From an uncultured Limnohabitans sp. (GTDB lineage Bacteria; Pseudomonadota; Gammaproteobacteria; Burkholderiales; Burkholderiaceae_C), in the NCBI GenBank assembly GCA_937928195.1, contig CALEYZ010000022.1:2016-66015 (forward strand): 64,000 bases of DNA. The letters run 5' to 3'. The stretch's first letter is position 1. Each line of letters starts with the position of its first letter. The notes under the pieces were generated by a model, which was given only the letters and a program-made list of their open reading frames with translations, did no database searches and was not told where the DNA came from. Of the stretch, positions 1 to 8,618 are shown piece after piece. The translations under genes and the position numbers were made by a program.

Positions 1-1
1 A

Positions 2-496
2 GACAAATCACTCAGTGAAATGTTGGCTTCAGGCGAAATTGATTGCGCCATCATTGCGCGTCCACCCACTTGTTTCCTGGAGGGCCACCCCGATGTGGTC
101 CGTCTGTTTCCAGATTTTCTGGACATGGAAGATGAGTATTTTGCCAAAACGAAAGTTTGGCCCATCATGCACATCATCGCCATGAAAAAAAGCGTGGTGG
201 AAGAACACCCATGGGTACCTCGCAATTTGTTCAACGCCTTCTTGGAATCCAAGCGACGCAGCATTGAACGCTTGATGGATCCGGCGGTTTCGCGTTACCC
301 CTTGCCTTGGCTGGCAACCTACGCACGAAAAATGCGTGACAAGTTCGAAGGTGATACGTTTCCCTATGGCATTGAAGAAAATCGTCCCACATGGGAGTTG
401 ATGGCCAAGTACACCTTCCAACAAGGCATTGCCCATCGGGAGTTCACACCTGAAGAAATTTTTCCCCAAGGCATGATGACCAAAGTCGTCATTTGA
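2..496 (+). CDS. 4,5-dihydroxyphthalate decarboxylase-like protein (OphC/Pht5 family), 5'-truncated by window edge
   Basis: Frame is open from base 2 (DKSLSEML...). Motifs L..GEID, RLFPD, PIMH, HPW..NLF.AF and FPYGIEENR..E....Y..QQG resemble this periplasmic-binding-protein-fold decarboxylase family. Confidence 0.7.
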   Translation, partial: DKSLSEMLASGEIDCAIIARPPTCFLEGHPDVVRLFPDFLDMEDEYFAKTKVWPIMHIIAMKKSVVEEHPWVPRNLFNAFLESKRRSIERLMDPAVSRYPLPWLATYARKMRDKFEGDTFPYGIEENRPTWELMAKYTFQQGIAHREFTPEEIFPQGMMTKVVI

Positions 497-550
497 TGAC
501 GAAGCCTTCGTTCACTGGCCTTTGATATCTTTTGAGGAAAGCACGGCACC

Positions 551-1225
551 ATGACTGACACACTTGAACTCAAGCAGCAATTGGTTGATTGCATTCGCAT
601 GTTGGAATCGCAAGACATCATTGACTACAACGGCCATGCCAGTATTCGCTTGCCCAACAATCAGATGTTGATCAACATAGGATCGTGTCAAAGAAGTCAG
701 TTAACAGTGGACGACATCTGTACGATTGACATGGACGGGCAGGTGGTGGAGGGCAACGGTAAACCCCCGTTGGAATTCCATTTGCACGCGGGCATCTACC
801 GTGCACGCCCTGATTTGAAGGCGGTTGTGCATGCCCATCCCAAGTGGTCGACCTACCTGACCATGGCGGGAAAAGATTACTTGCCAGTGTATGGACAGGG
901 CTCGTTGGTTTACCCTGTCCCTTTGTTAGATTCACCCAATTCCATCAACAACAAGCCCATGGCCGATCGTTTGGCGGCCACTTTGGGAGATCGACCCGCT
1001 GCCTTGATGAAGTCGCACGGTGCTGTGACCGTTGGGCAAAGCATTCGTGAAGCTTTTGTGCTGGCCAGCTACATGGAAGAGAATGCACATCGTCAATACA
1101 TGGCCATGCAATTGGGTACCCCTTATGCATTCAGCGAGCACGAAATTCAAATGTGCCGCGAAAAATTGTGGAATGACGCCTTGTTTCAGCGTTGCTGGGA
1201 CCACTTCAAAGCCAAATTGAAGTGA
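551..1225 (+). CDS. Class II aldolase/adducin family metalloprotein (possible decarboxylase)
   Basis: GHASIR, E..LH..IY.ARPD..AVVHAHP and SHGAV metal-ligand pattern; GAGGA upstream. Confidence 0.85.
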   Translation: MTDTLELKQQLVDCIRMLESQDIIDYNGHASIRLPNNQMLINIGSCQRSQLTVDDICTIDMDGQVVEGNGKPPLEFHLHAGIYRARPDLKAVVHAHPKWSTYLTMAGKDYLPVYGQGSLVYPVPLLDSPNSINNKPMADRLAATLGDRPAALMKSHGAVTVGQSIREAFVLASYMEENAHRQYMAMQLGTPYAFSEHEIQMCREKLWNDALFQRCWDHFKAKLK

Positions 1226-1247
1226 TGCATGCGATCTGTCGCTTGAC

Positions 1248-2093
1248 TTAGCTCAGACTTTGCTCGAGTAACTTTCGCAGTTCAGGGGTCACTTTGGGCT
1301 CAATGCCAAACCATGCCTTCCAACCGAGAGGGCCTTGGTGCAACAGCATACCTAAGCCATTCAAGATTGGATTGCCGCGCAGTCGCGCCTGTCTCAAAAA
1401 GGGCGTTTCTAAAGGGGTGTAGACAATGTCGGTGGCCAAAGCGCTGATGGGCAATTTGTCGAGTTGAATGTCCAGCGGTGTTTGTCCTACCATGCCTTGA
1501 CTCGTGGTGTTGACCACCATGCTTGCATCCGCCATGAGGTCTGCCCGGTCTTGCCATGCGTAGGCTTGAATGGGGCCACCTAAGTCTGCTTGGATGATCT
1601 GTGCGCGCTCAAGATGGCGATTGACCAGTCGAATTTCTGTGGCACCTTCCTGTATCAATCCTTGGCATACCGCTCGAGAGCCGCCGCCAGCACCGATGAC
1701 CACAATGGGGCCTTTGCTGGCTTGCCAGTCTGGCTGAAATTCTTTCACATTGCGAATAAAACCAGCCGCATCATTGTTGCTGCCCACCAGGCGACCGTCA
1801 TCTTTGACCGCAACACAGCTGATGGCCCCCATTTTGAGTGCCACAGAATCAATCTCATCAACGATTTGAAGCGCCTTTTGCTTGTGCGGAATGGTCAGGT
1901 TGCAACCAGAAAAACCCAATGCATGCAGGCTGCGCAAAGCGCGCTCTAAATTCTCTGGCTGGATGGCCAGAGGAACATAGACACCCTTGAGTTTTTCTTG
2001 GGCAAACCAATGGTTGTGCATCAGCGGGGATCGGGAGTGCATCACGGGCCAACCCATGACACCGGCCATTAAGAAACGATCTTGAAGGTTCAT
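1248..2093 (-). CDS. aroE: Shikimate dehydrogenase family protein (AroE-like)
   Basis: G.PV.HSRSP..H, NLTIPHK, NND..GF, GAGG, NR...RA, DIVY.PL.T.FL, GLGMLLHQ. Confidence 0.8.
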   Translation of the reverse strand: MNLQDRFLMAGVMGWPVMHSRSPLMHNHWFAQEKLKGVYVPLAIQPENLERALRSLHALGFSGCNLTIPHKQKALQIVDEIDSVALKMGAISCVAVKDDGRLVGSNNDAAGFIRNVKEFQPDWQASKGPIVVIGAGGGSRAVCQGLIQEGATEIRLVNRHLERAQIIQADLGGPIQAYAWQDRADLMADASMVVNTTSQGMVGQTPLDIQLDKLPISALATDIVYTPLETPFLRQARLRGNPILNGLGMLLHQGPLGWKAWFGIEPKVTPELRKLLEQSLS

Positions 2094-2149
2094 GGAGGTG
2101 TACTATATATTTGTTCCTGTGAGAATTTATTCAGAGGGTAGAGCTCGGT

Positions 2150-3160
2150 ATGTCCAGATTGAACGCTTTTTTAATGTTGCTCATCCTGTCATGGGGCGTT
2201 TCTGCTTTCGCGCAATCGCCATCCAGCGGTGTTTCTGTCGCCGTGTCTGGGGCGGCAGCGCCTCCTGCCGTCGTCAATATTTGGCCCAGAATCCCCTTCA
2301 CGCGAGGCAAAGACCTGTGTGAATATCACGATGCGTATGGTCGAACCAAGCGTGAACAGATGGGGGAGTTGACGCAAACAGTTCGAAGCCTGTTGCGGGA
2401 GGGTGTTGATTCACGCAATTTGGTGGCTTTGCTCAGTGCGATGGACGATCAAGTGAATCAGCAACGGAAGGTGGCCAGCAGCAGTCCTGGCATGGATGTG
2501 ATGCTGGCAGGCTCGCTGAAAGCTGCTGTGGACAAGGTTTATCAGGACCGTCGCCCTCAAACTCGGCGTTTTAATTTTTTCAATCCAGCACCTCTGAACG
2601 AGTTGTTAAAGCAACTGAAAGATCCACAGAAACAGGCGGTTTGGGATCCTCAAGTCATGCGTTCATTGTCAGGGGTTGCGTATGGTACTTATGCCTACGC
2701 GCCAACTTGCCGTGGAGATCTCCTGGTCACCTTGCACATCGATTTATCGTGCGGCAACACCTACCATTTTCAGGCGCAGGGTTTCCCAGAGCAGGTGATG
2801 CAGTCCATTGGCCAGCAAGTTTTCGACACATTTCAGCAAACTCAATTTCCTTCCAAAATCAAAATGGGTCAGCGAAGCTTAGAACTTTTGGGGTCACCGG
2901 GTGGCGCCATTGGTCGTGCACCTTCACCCAGGTCGGCAGAAATGGCATGCAAAGCCATGCAAGCACGACTTCCTACTGAAGAGGAGTATGAGTACCTGTC
3001 CAATCTGGGGGATTGGAATGGTGGCGTGACCTGTTCACGCGGAAAGTTATGGGCCATGGCTGGCAACATGGTCATGGCACCAGATCTGCCCAATCCTTCC
3101 CCTGTGCGATCGGTTTCTGAATTTCCTGGACAGGACTTTAGTTATTACTGTGTTCGATGA
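2150..3160 (+). CDS. Hypothetical secreted protein with a Cys-containing C-terminal domain
   Basis: 336-aa ORF, Sec-type signal peptide (..VSAFA), six Cys, C-terminal ACKAMQARLPTEEEY...W...YYCVR. Confidence 0.7.
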   Translation: MSRLNAFLMLLILSWGVSAFAQSPSSGVSVAVSGAAAPPAVVNIWPRIPFTRGKDLCEYHDAYGRTKREQMGELTQTVRSLLREGVDSRNLVALLSAMDDQVNQQRKVASSSPGMDVMLAGSLKAAVDKVYQDRRPQTRRFNFFNPAPLNELLKQLKDPQKQAVWDPQVMRSLSGVAYGTYAYAPTCRGDLLVTLHIDLSCGNTYHFQAQGFPEQVMQSIGQQVFDTFQQTQFPSKIKMGQRSLELLGSPGGAIGRAPSPRSAEMACKAMQARLPTEEEYEYLSNLGDWNGGVTCSRGKLWAMAGNMVMAPDLPNPSPVRSVSEFPGQDFSYYCVR

Positions 3161-3183
3161 AATTGCAAACGGGACATTCCAAC

Positions 3184-3468
3184 ATGCTCTACAAATTCAA
3201 ATCCAAGGTCACCGGTGACCTCATCATGCTTGAACCAGATGCCAAGCGCTTGTTGAAAATCATGGGGCGCGAGGACCAGATCAAAGGAATTTTTTTGGCA
3301 GAACAAATTCAACACGCCATGGATGCACTTGCGCGTGCGATCGAGGTGGAAGAGTCCGAAGGGCTGCAAGATCCAAAACTGGTGTCCTTGCGGCAACGCT
3401 GTCAGCCGATGCTGAAAATGCTCAAAACTTGCCAAGACAAATCGGCTGACCTTGTTTGGGGTGTTTAA
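3184..3468 (+). CDS. DUF1840 family protein
   Basis: MLYKFKSK.TGDLIML and VSLRQR..P...ML.......D.VWGV pattern. Confidence 0.8.
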   Translation: MLYKFKSKVTGDLIMLEPDAKRLLKIMGREDQIKGIFLAEQIQHAMDALARAIEVEESEGLQDPKLVSLRQRCQPMLKMLKTCQDKSADLVWGV

Positions 3469-3485
3469 GGGCAGGGTGCTTTTTC

Positions 3486-3980
3486 TTACTTTGTAAAAAC
3501 GGGCCCAGTCAACTTGAATCCTGCTTGAATATTGCGTTTTGCAAACCAGCCTTGGTTCATTTCCAATACAAAACGCACAGGTTTGTGAGAGCAATGTGAA
3601 CTGTCATTCAGCGGCTTCATGTCGGCTAAATTGACAATGGTGCCATCATCCGCCACAAATGCAGCGGTCAGTGGGAGGAGCGTGTTGCGCATCCAAAAAC
3701 ATTGAACCCCTGCTTGTTCAAAAATGAAGAGCATGCCTTCATTTTGAGGCATTTCTTTACGCCACATCAAGCCAGTTTGTCGTTGCTCAAAATCTTGCGC
3801 CAACTGAACTTGCAGGAGGTGCATGCCGGCATTCAGCGTGGTTCTTGAAAGTTGTGTCTGAGGCACACCTTGTGCAGGGGCCACGAAGCTGACCATGCTG
3901 GCCAACAAAAAGAGAATGACGCTTTGAAGCGATTGCTTTTGTGCTGCGCGCAGAACTTGCAGAAAGTGAATTGAAGCCAT
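3486..3980 (-). CDS. DUF192 family exported protein
   Basis: GLMWR..M..NEGMLFIF, FWMRNT.LPL..AF, VLEMNQGWF; start codon uncertain. Confidence 0.85.
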   Translation of the reverse strand: MASIHFLQVLRAAQKQSLQSVILFLLASMVSFVAPAQGVPQTQLSRTTLNAGMHLLQVQLAQDFEQRQTGLMWRKEMPQNEGMLFIFEQAGVQCFWMRNTLLPLTAAFVADDGTIVNLADMKPLNDSSHCSHKPVRFVLEMNQGWFAKRNIQAGFKLTGPVFTK

Positions 3981-4063
3981 AAGGGTGTGCTTGGTGAGGA
4001 GGGTCGAATCTAGAGGGATTGTGACTGATTTGTGGCTAGAATGAAACAACGGAGACCAGTTCC

Positions 4064-5317
4064 ATGTACAGACATATTCAGATACCTGCACAAGGTAAGC
4101 CCATCACCGTCAATCCCGACAACAGCTTGAACGTTCCCCATGACCCCATCATTCCTTTCATTGAAGGGGATGGCACGGGGGTGGACATCACGCCCGTCAT
4201 GAAAACCGTGGTCGATGCGGCGGTGCAAAGAGCCTACAAAGGCGCTCGCACCATCCATTGGATGGAGGTGTTTGCGGGAGACAAAGCCGTGGCACTGTAT
4301 GGGCCTGATGTTTATTTGCCCGCAGAGACGCTGTCCGCTTTGAGGGATTATGTGGTGTCTATCAAAGGCCCTTTAAGTCCGCCGGCAAGTGGCAGCATGC
4401 GTTCTTTGAATGTGGCACTTCGGCAAGAGCTCGATCTCTATGTGTGTCTGCGTCCTTTGCGTTACTTTCAGGGCGTGCCATCACCTGTGCGTGCGCCAGA
4501 AAAAACCAACATCACGCTTTTCAGAGAAAACTCTGAAGACATCTATGCAGGTATTGAGTACGCAGCCAATAGCAAAGAGGCTGAAAAGCTCATTGCATTT
4601 CTGACGCAAGAATTAGGTGCCAAAAGCATTCGATTTCCTGCCAGCTCTGGTATTGGCATCAAACCAGTTTCCAGGGAAGGCACTCAACGATTGGTGCGCA
4701 AGGCCATTCAGTACGCCATCGACCACGACAAGCCCAGCGTTACAGTGGTTCACAAGGGCGGCATCATGAAGTACACCGAAGGTGCTTTTCGCGACTGGGC
4801 CTATGAATTGGCCCAAGAAGAATTTGGTGCAACGCTCATTGACGATGGCCCCTGGTGTGGCGTCAAACACCCCAAAACTGGTAGAACCATCACGATCAAA
4901 GACATCGCGATGGATGCCTTCTTGCAACAAATTCTGATGCGACCGCAAGAGTTTTCGGTCGTTGCAACGCTTAATTTGAATGGCGATTACATTTCGGATG
5001 CTGTTTCTGCGCAAGTCGGTGGTATTGGCATTGCGCCAGGTGCCAATATGTCAGACAGCGTGGCCTGCTTTGAAGCAACGGTTGACGTACTGTCCAAATT
5101 TGCGGGCAAGGACTATGTGAATCCAGGCTCTGAAATTCTGTCGGCTGAAATGATGTTGCGTTACATGGGGTGGACGGAGGCGGCTGACATCATCATTCGG
5201 GCCATGGAAGATGCCATTCAGAGCAAGCGTGTTCCCCATGATTTTGCCCGTCTCATGGAAGGTGCATCCCAAGTCAGCTGTTCTGGTTTTGGACAAGTGA
5301 TCATCGACTACATGTGA
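4064..5317 (+). CDS. icd: Dimeric isocitrate dehydrogenase homologue (Icd) with altered cofactor-binding motifs
   Basis: [56 protein letters not shown]; the usual HGTAPKY reads VDVLSKF. Confidence 0.9.
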   Translation: MYRHIQIPAQGKPITVNPDNSLNVPHDPIIPFIEGDGTGVDITPVMKTVVDAAVQRAYKGARTIHWMEVFAGDKAVALYGPDVYLPAETLSALRDYVVSIKGPLSPPASGSMRSLNVALRQELDLYVCLRPLRYFQGVPSPVRAPEKTNITLFRENSEDIYAGIEYAANSKEAEKLIAFLTQELGAKSIRFPASSGIGIKPVSREGTQRLVRKAIQYAIDHDKPSVTVVHKGGIMKYTEGAFRDWAYELAQEEFGATLIDDGPWCGVKHPKTGRTITIKDIAMDAFLQQILMRPQEFSVVATLNLNGDYISDAVSAQVGGIGIAPGANMSDSVACFEATVDVLSKFAGKDYVNPGSEILSAEMMLRYMGWTEAADIIIRAMEDAIQSKRVPHDFARLMEGASQVSCSGFGQVIIDYM

Positions 5318-5347
5318 TGCAAATTCAATTGATGCGACAAGCCTAGC

Positions 5348-5665
5348 ATGTACGAGGAAAATCAAAGTCAGCTGCCTGAATCGTTCATGATGCTGTACCT
5401 AAAGCCGCATCAGCACAAGCCCAGTTTGCCGCGTGATGAATTAACGAAGCGCTATGAGTTGTGTGAAGATCTGGCCCACATGTTGATGGATACTGTCAGC
5501 ACACAGCAATTTCAGCTGGGGATCACAGAAGACGATGCCTTGGAGAAATGTTGGCGGGGACTGATGGCGCAGTCTGAGCTGCTCAATGCGGTCGAATCTT
5601 TTTGGGTGGTAAGCCGGCTGGCTGAATTGCTTGGATGGCCTTTGCCCGATTCACCCTGGGATTAA
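5348..5665 (+). CDS. Conserved hypothetical protein
   Basis: 105-aa ORF following icd, with RYELCEDLA and WV..RLAELLGW segments recalled from Comamonadaceae hypothetical proteins. Confidence 0.65.
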   Translation: MYEENQSQLPESFMMLYLKPHQHKPSLPRDELTKRYELCEDLAHMLMDTVSTQQFQLGITEDDALEKCWRGLMAQSELLNAVESFWVVSRLAELLGWPLPDSPWD

Positions 5666-6831
5666 TCTTTCAAAACCCATTCACGACCGCTTTGTGCAGA
5701 CGCGATGGCCGCTTCGCAAACTCGAAGATTTTCGTAGCCCCAGCGCCCATCATGTCCGTTGAGAGCGCCGCCACGCCAAGCCTGCGCCAGTTCGACCAAC
5801 ACCAAATCACGAGGGCTTTGGCGAGAGGATAGTTTGATCTCACGTTCGCCTGATGCCGTTGCCAGCAGTAGGCCCTCTGGGGTTTGCCGCATGTCTCCCA
5901 AGGCACAACTGACCATGGTGAGGCCAAAATGTGGCTGCAGGGGGGCTTGGCCTGGAATGGCGGTTTTTGCACGCTCTTGCTTTGCAAGTAATTCCTGTTC
6001 CGCACTTGCTTGAAGCATGGGGCGTCTTTTCCAAGGCCGAGTTTCTGCACTTTGCGCAAAACCCCATTCTGAAACGTTTTGCGTCCAATCCATGCTGGAC
6101 AAGCCTGCATAGCCGTTGTAAATGGCGGTTGCAGCTGCACCATTTTCAAAATCCAAATAGATGCTGTGTGCACCAATGGTGTTGCGCAAGGGATCTGTGT
6201 TGAAAACTTTGGCTTTCACGGTTTGCACCTTGGTACCGCACAGTGCTCGCAAAATGTCAATTTGATGTGCGCCTTGCCTGAAGGTGACGCCACCACCCAA
6301 AGTTGGGTCGAGCTCTTCGGCGCGTCTTGGGCGGTAGACCCAGTCCGTTAAACACCAGGTGTTGACCATTTGCACTGCACCCAATTCGCCGCTGTCAATG
6401 ATTTTTTTCATGGCTTGAATGGGCGCATCAAAACTGTGCGAGTGACCAACCGTGAGCGACTTACCGTACTGGTTGGCCGCCGTCACCATGCGCAAGGCTT
6501 CCGCAGCATTGCATGCCATGGGTTTTTCAACCAACACATGCCAACCGCTCGCAAATGCTTCGATGGACTGCGCAGCATGGCATGGCGTGGGTGTTGCGAT
6601 GTAGACCCCATCCAGATTTTGGATTTTTTTCAAGTCAGCGAGTTGGCTGAAAACGGGCACGCCAAGTTGCTTCGCTGCGTCTTGAACGGTCAAGTTGTTT
6701 TCAACAATGGCGACCAACTCAAAGTCGTGATTCGCTTGGATGGCTGGCACAAACGCTTGCGCCGCCGCGCCAAATCCGACGATGGCGATACGCAAAGCGT
6801 CCTCAGTGTGGGGAGAGACGTTGGAAGACAA
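5662..6831 (-). CDS. Gfo/Idh/MocA oxidoreductase, phthalate 4,5-cis-dihydrodiol dehydrogenase (OphB)-like
   Basis: GFG Rossmann start, YIATP..H, HVLVEKPMA, VGHSHSFD.P, TDW.YRPRR.EELD...GGGV...Q..HQ.D; TTG start directly after upstream TAA. Confidence 0.8.
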   Translation of the reverse strand: MSSNVSPHTEDALRIAIVGFGAAAQAFVPAIQANHDFELVAIVENNLTVQDAAKQLGVPVFSQLADLKKIQNLDGVYIATPTPCHAAQSIEAFASGWHVLVEKPMACNAAEALRMVTAANQYGKSLTVGHSHSFDAPIQAMKKIIDSGELGAVQMVNTWCLTDWVYRPRRAEELDPTLGGGVTFRQGAHQIDILRALCGTKVQTVKAKVFNTDPLRNTIGAHSIYLDFENGAAATAIYNGYAGLSSMDWTQNVSEWGFAQSAETRPWKRRPMLQASAEQELLAKQERAKTAIPGQAPLQPHFGLTMVSCALGDMRQTPEGLLLATASGEREIKLSSRQSPRDLVLVELAQAWRGGALNGHDGRWGYENLRVCEAAIASAQSGREWVLKD

Positions 6832-7887
6832 TTATTTGGCTCGTTTGATCACGGTGTCTTCGAACATTTTGAACCATTTGGCTTGCTGGTCCAAAGCCAT
6901 TGCAGGGTCAATGAAATTCAAGGGAACCTTGGGAAATGGCAGCTCGTATTTTTTGCTGGTCGGTACAAACTTCAAGTCAAAGAGTTGTTTCTGACCTTCA
7001 GACAGAATGTAGTCATAAAACAGCAAAGCTGTGTAGGGGTTGGGTGCTTTTTTAAGCATGGCGATGGTGCTGGGTTGTGCCATCAAAGGTTGCAGCGCCA
7101 AACCTTCAACAGGGGCACCTTTGATTTTCAGCTGTTCGGGGTTCCAGCTGTACACCGTCAGTGCCAAAGGGACTTCGCCTGAGGAGACCATCATGGTAAG
7201 CAGAGAGTGCCCCTTGCGATTGGACATGCCATTGGTACTCGCGATGTTGGCAAATAATTTTTGACCTTCTTGTTCACCCATTTGGGCCATCAAGGCACCA
7301 AACCAAGCATGGTTGTTTCCTTCGATGCCTAATTGCCCCTTCCATTTGGGATCTAACAAATCTTTGTATGTTTTGGGCAAGTCTTCTTTTTTGATTTTGT
7401 CCGTGTTGTAAGCGGCGGTCCAAATGTCCAGCGTAATGCCGACCCATTGTTTGTGTGTCGGAACAGCTTGCGGCAGCAAATCGTTTTGATACGGTGACTT
7501 CACCTCGAGTAACAGTTTTTCACGGAAGGCGGCTTCATTTTCTGGTGCGTTGTTTTGAACGATGTCGACGTCAAATTTGTTGCCACGACTTTCACTGGTG
7601 ACTCTTTGCAAAACTGCCTCTGACCCTGCACGCCATGACTTGACCTTGATGCCATACTTTTTGCCGAACTCATTCATGAGGTTGGTCAGTGCGGGATAGG
7701 TGTGGTACACAGAAAGCCCCGATTCTTTCTTGGCGCCTTCCAGCAGTTTCGTTTGTCGGTCTGGACCTTGGTACACCGCCATCTCTGCAACAGACATCGG
7801 CTTTGCAGGCTCGATAACTTGTGCGTTCGCAGTGACGAACAGTGCGAATAACAAAGTGGCAAGAAGCAAGTTCTTTCGTTGCGACAT
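6832..7887 (-). CDS. ABC transporter substrate-binding protein (AfuA/FbpA-like fold)
   Basis: Signal peptide (..TANA), F.KKYGIKV, YNT......LPKTY.DLLDPKWKG, APNP..ALLF.DY.LS.GQ. Confidence 0.85.
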   Translation of the reverse strand: MSQRKNLLLATLLFALFVTANAQVIEPAKPMSVAEMAVYQGPDRQTKLLEGAKKESGLSVYHTYPALTNLMNEFGKKYGIKVKSWRAGSEAVLQRVTSESRGNKFDVDIVQNNAPENEAAFREKLLLEVKSPYQNDLLPQAVPTHKQWVGITLDIWTAAYNTDKIKKEDLPKTYKDLLDPKWKGQLGIEGNNHAWFGALMAQMGEQEGQKLFANIASTNGMSNRKGHSLLTMMVSSGEVPLALTVYSWNPEQLKIKGAPVEGLALQPLMAQPSTIAMLKKAPNPYTALLFYDYILSEGQKQLFDLKFVPTSKKYELPFPKVPLNFIDPAMALDQQAKWFKMFEDTVIKRAK

Positions 7888-7907
7888 GGCGTGTCCTTGA
7901 AAAAATT

Positions 7908-8618
7908 TCAGTGGCCGAGTTGGCGAAGTGCACGTCTTCTCAAGTATTCGAAATTAATCACATACTGTTCTGGACGCGTGATGTCATGGTGAAGTTTGCT
8001 GACCTGCTCAGGTGTGAATTTCTCGCCAATACCGCCAGCAGCCATGGTGGCCAATTGAATTTGGCAAGCGTTATCTAGCATGATTGACAAGATGGTGGCT
8101 TCTTCTACGTTGGCGCCTACGATGGCTGCACCATGATTTCTCAGCAGAACGGCTTTATGTTGCCCTAGAGACTTCGCCACAGCAGCCCCCAGATCTTGGC
8201 TGCGAACCAAATCAATGGCGCGGCTAAAGTAGGGCAGGCCGTCGGCAAAAGCGACGGCTGGCTGGCTGATGGGCTCTAGGTTTTGGCCGGTTGCAGACAA
8301 CGCAACTGCGTAGGTGGGGTGCGTGTGAATCACGCTGTTCACGTCGGGTCTTGCTTTGTAAATTTCGGAGTGAATGAAAACCTCGCTGTGCCGTCTTCCG
8401 CCGCCGTCAATTTTCTCTCCTGCCATGTTGCACACCACAATGTTCTCGAGTGTGATTTCATCAAAACCAAAACTGTGCGGTTTCATGATGAAAACCGATG
8501 GATCGTCTGGTGATCTGATTGACACATGGCCACGTGTCAGGTCACCTTGACCTGCATTCTCCAGAATATGGCCTGCATCAATCAGGCGCTGTTTGAGTTC
8601 GTTCAGTGTCATAGACAT
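7908..8618 (-). CDS. Class II aldolase/adducin family metalloprotein (second copy)
   Basis: GHVSIR, SEV.IHSEIY.ARPDV.SVIHTHP, LLRNHG; TAATG overlap with the Rieske gene. Confidence 0.85.
   Translation of the reverse strand: MSMTLNELKQRLIDAGHILENAGQGDLTRGHVSIRSPDDPSVFIMKPHSFGFDEITLENIVVCNMAGEKIDGGGRRHSEVFIHSEIYKARPDVNSVIHTHPTYAVALSATGQNLEPISQPAVAFADGLPYFSRAIDLVRSQDLGAAVAKSLGQHKAVLLRNHGAAIVGANVEEATILSIMLDNACQIQLATMAAGGIGEKFTPEQVSKLHHDITRPEQYVINFEYLRRRALRQLGH

Noticed and set aside
6370-7182. 270-aa plus-strand ORF, and similar long antisense ORFs at 23867-24601, 29770-30549 and 57493-58260
   Set aside because: Antisense to well-supported genes, with a composition typical of reverse-frame shadows.
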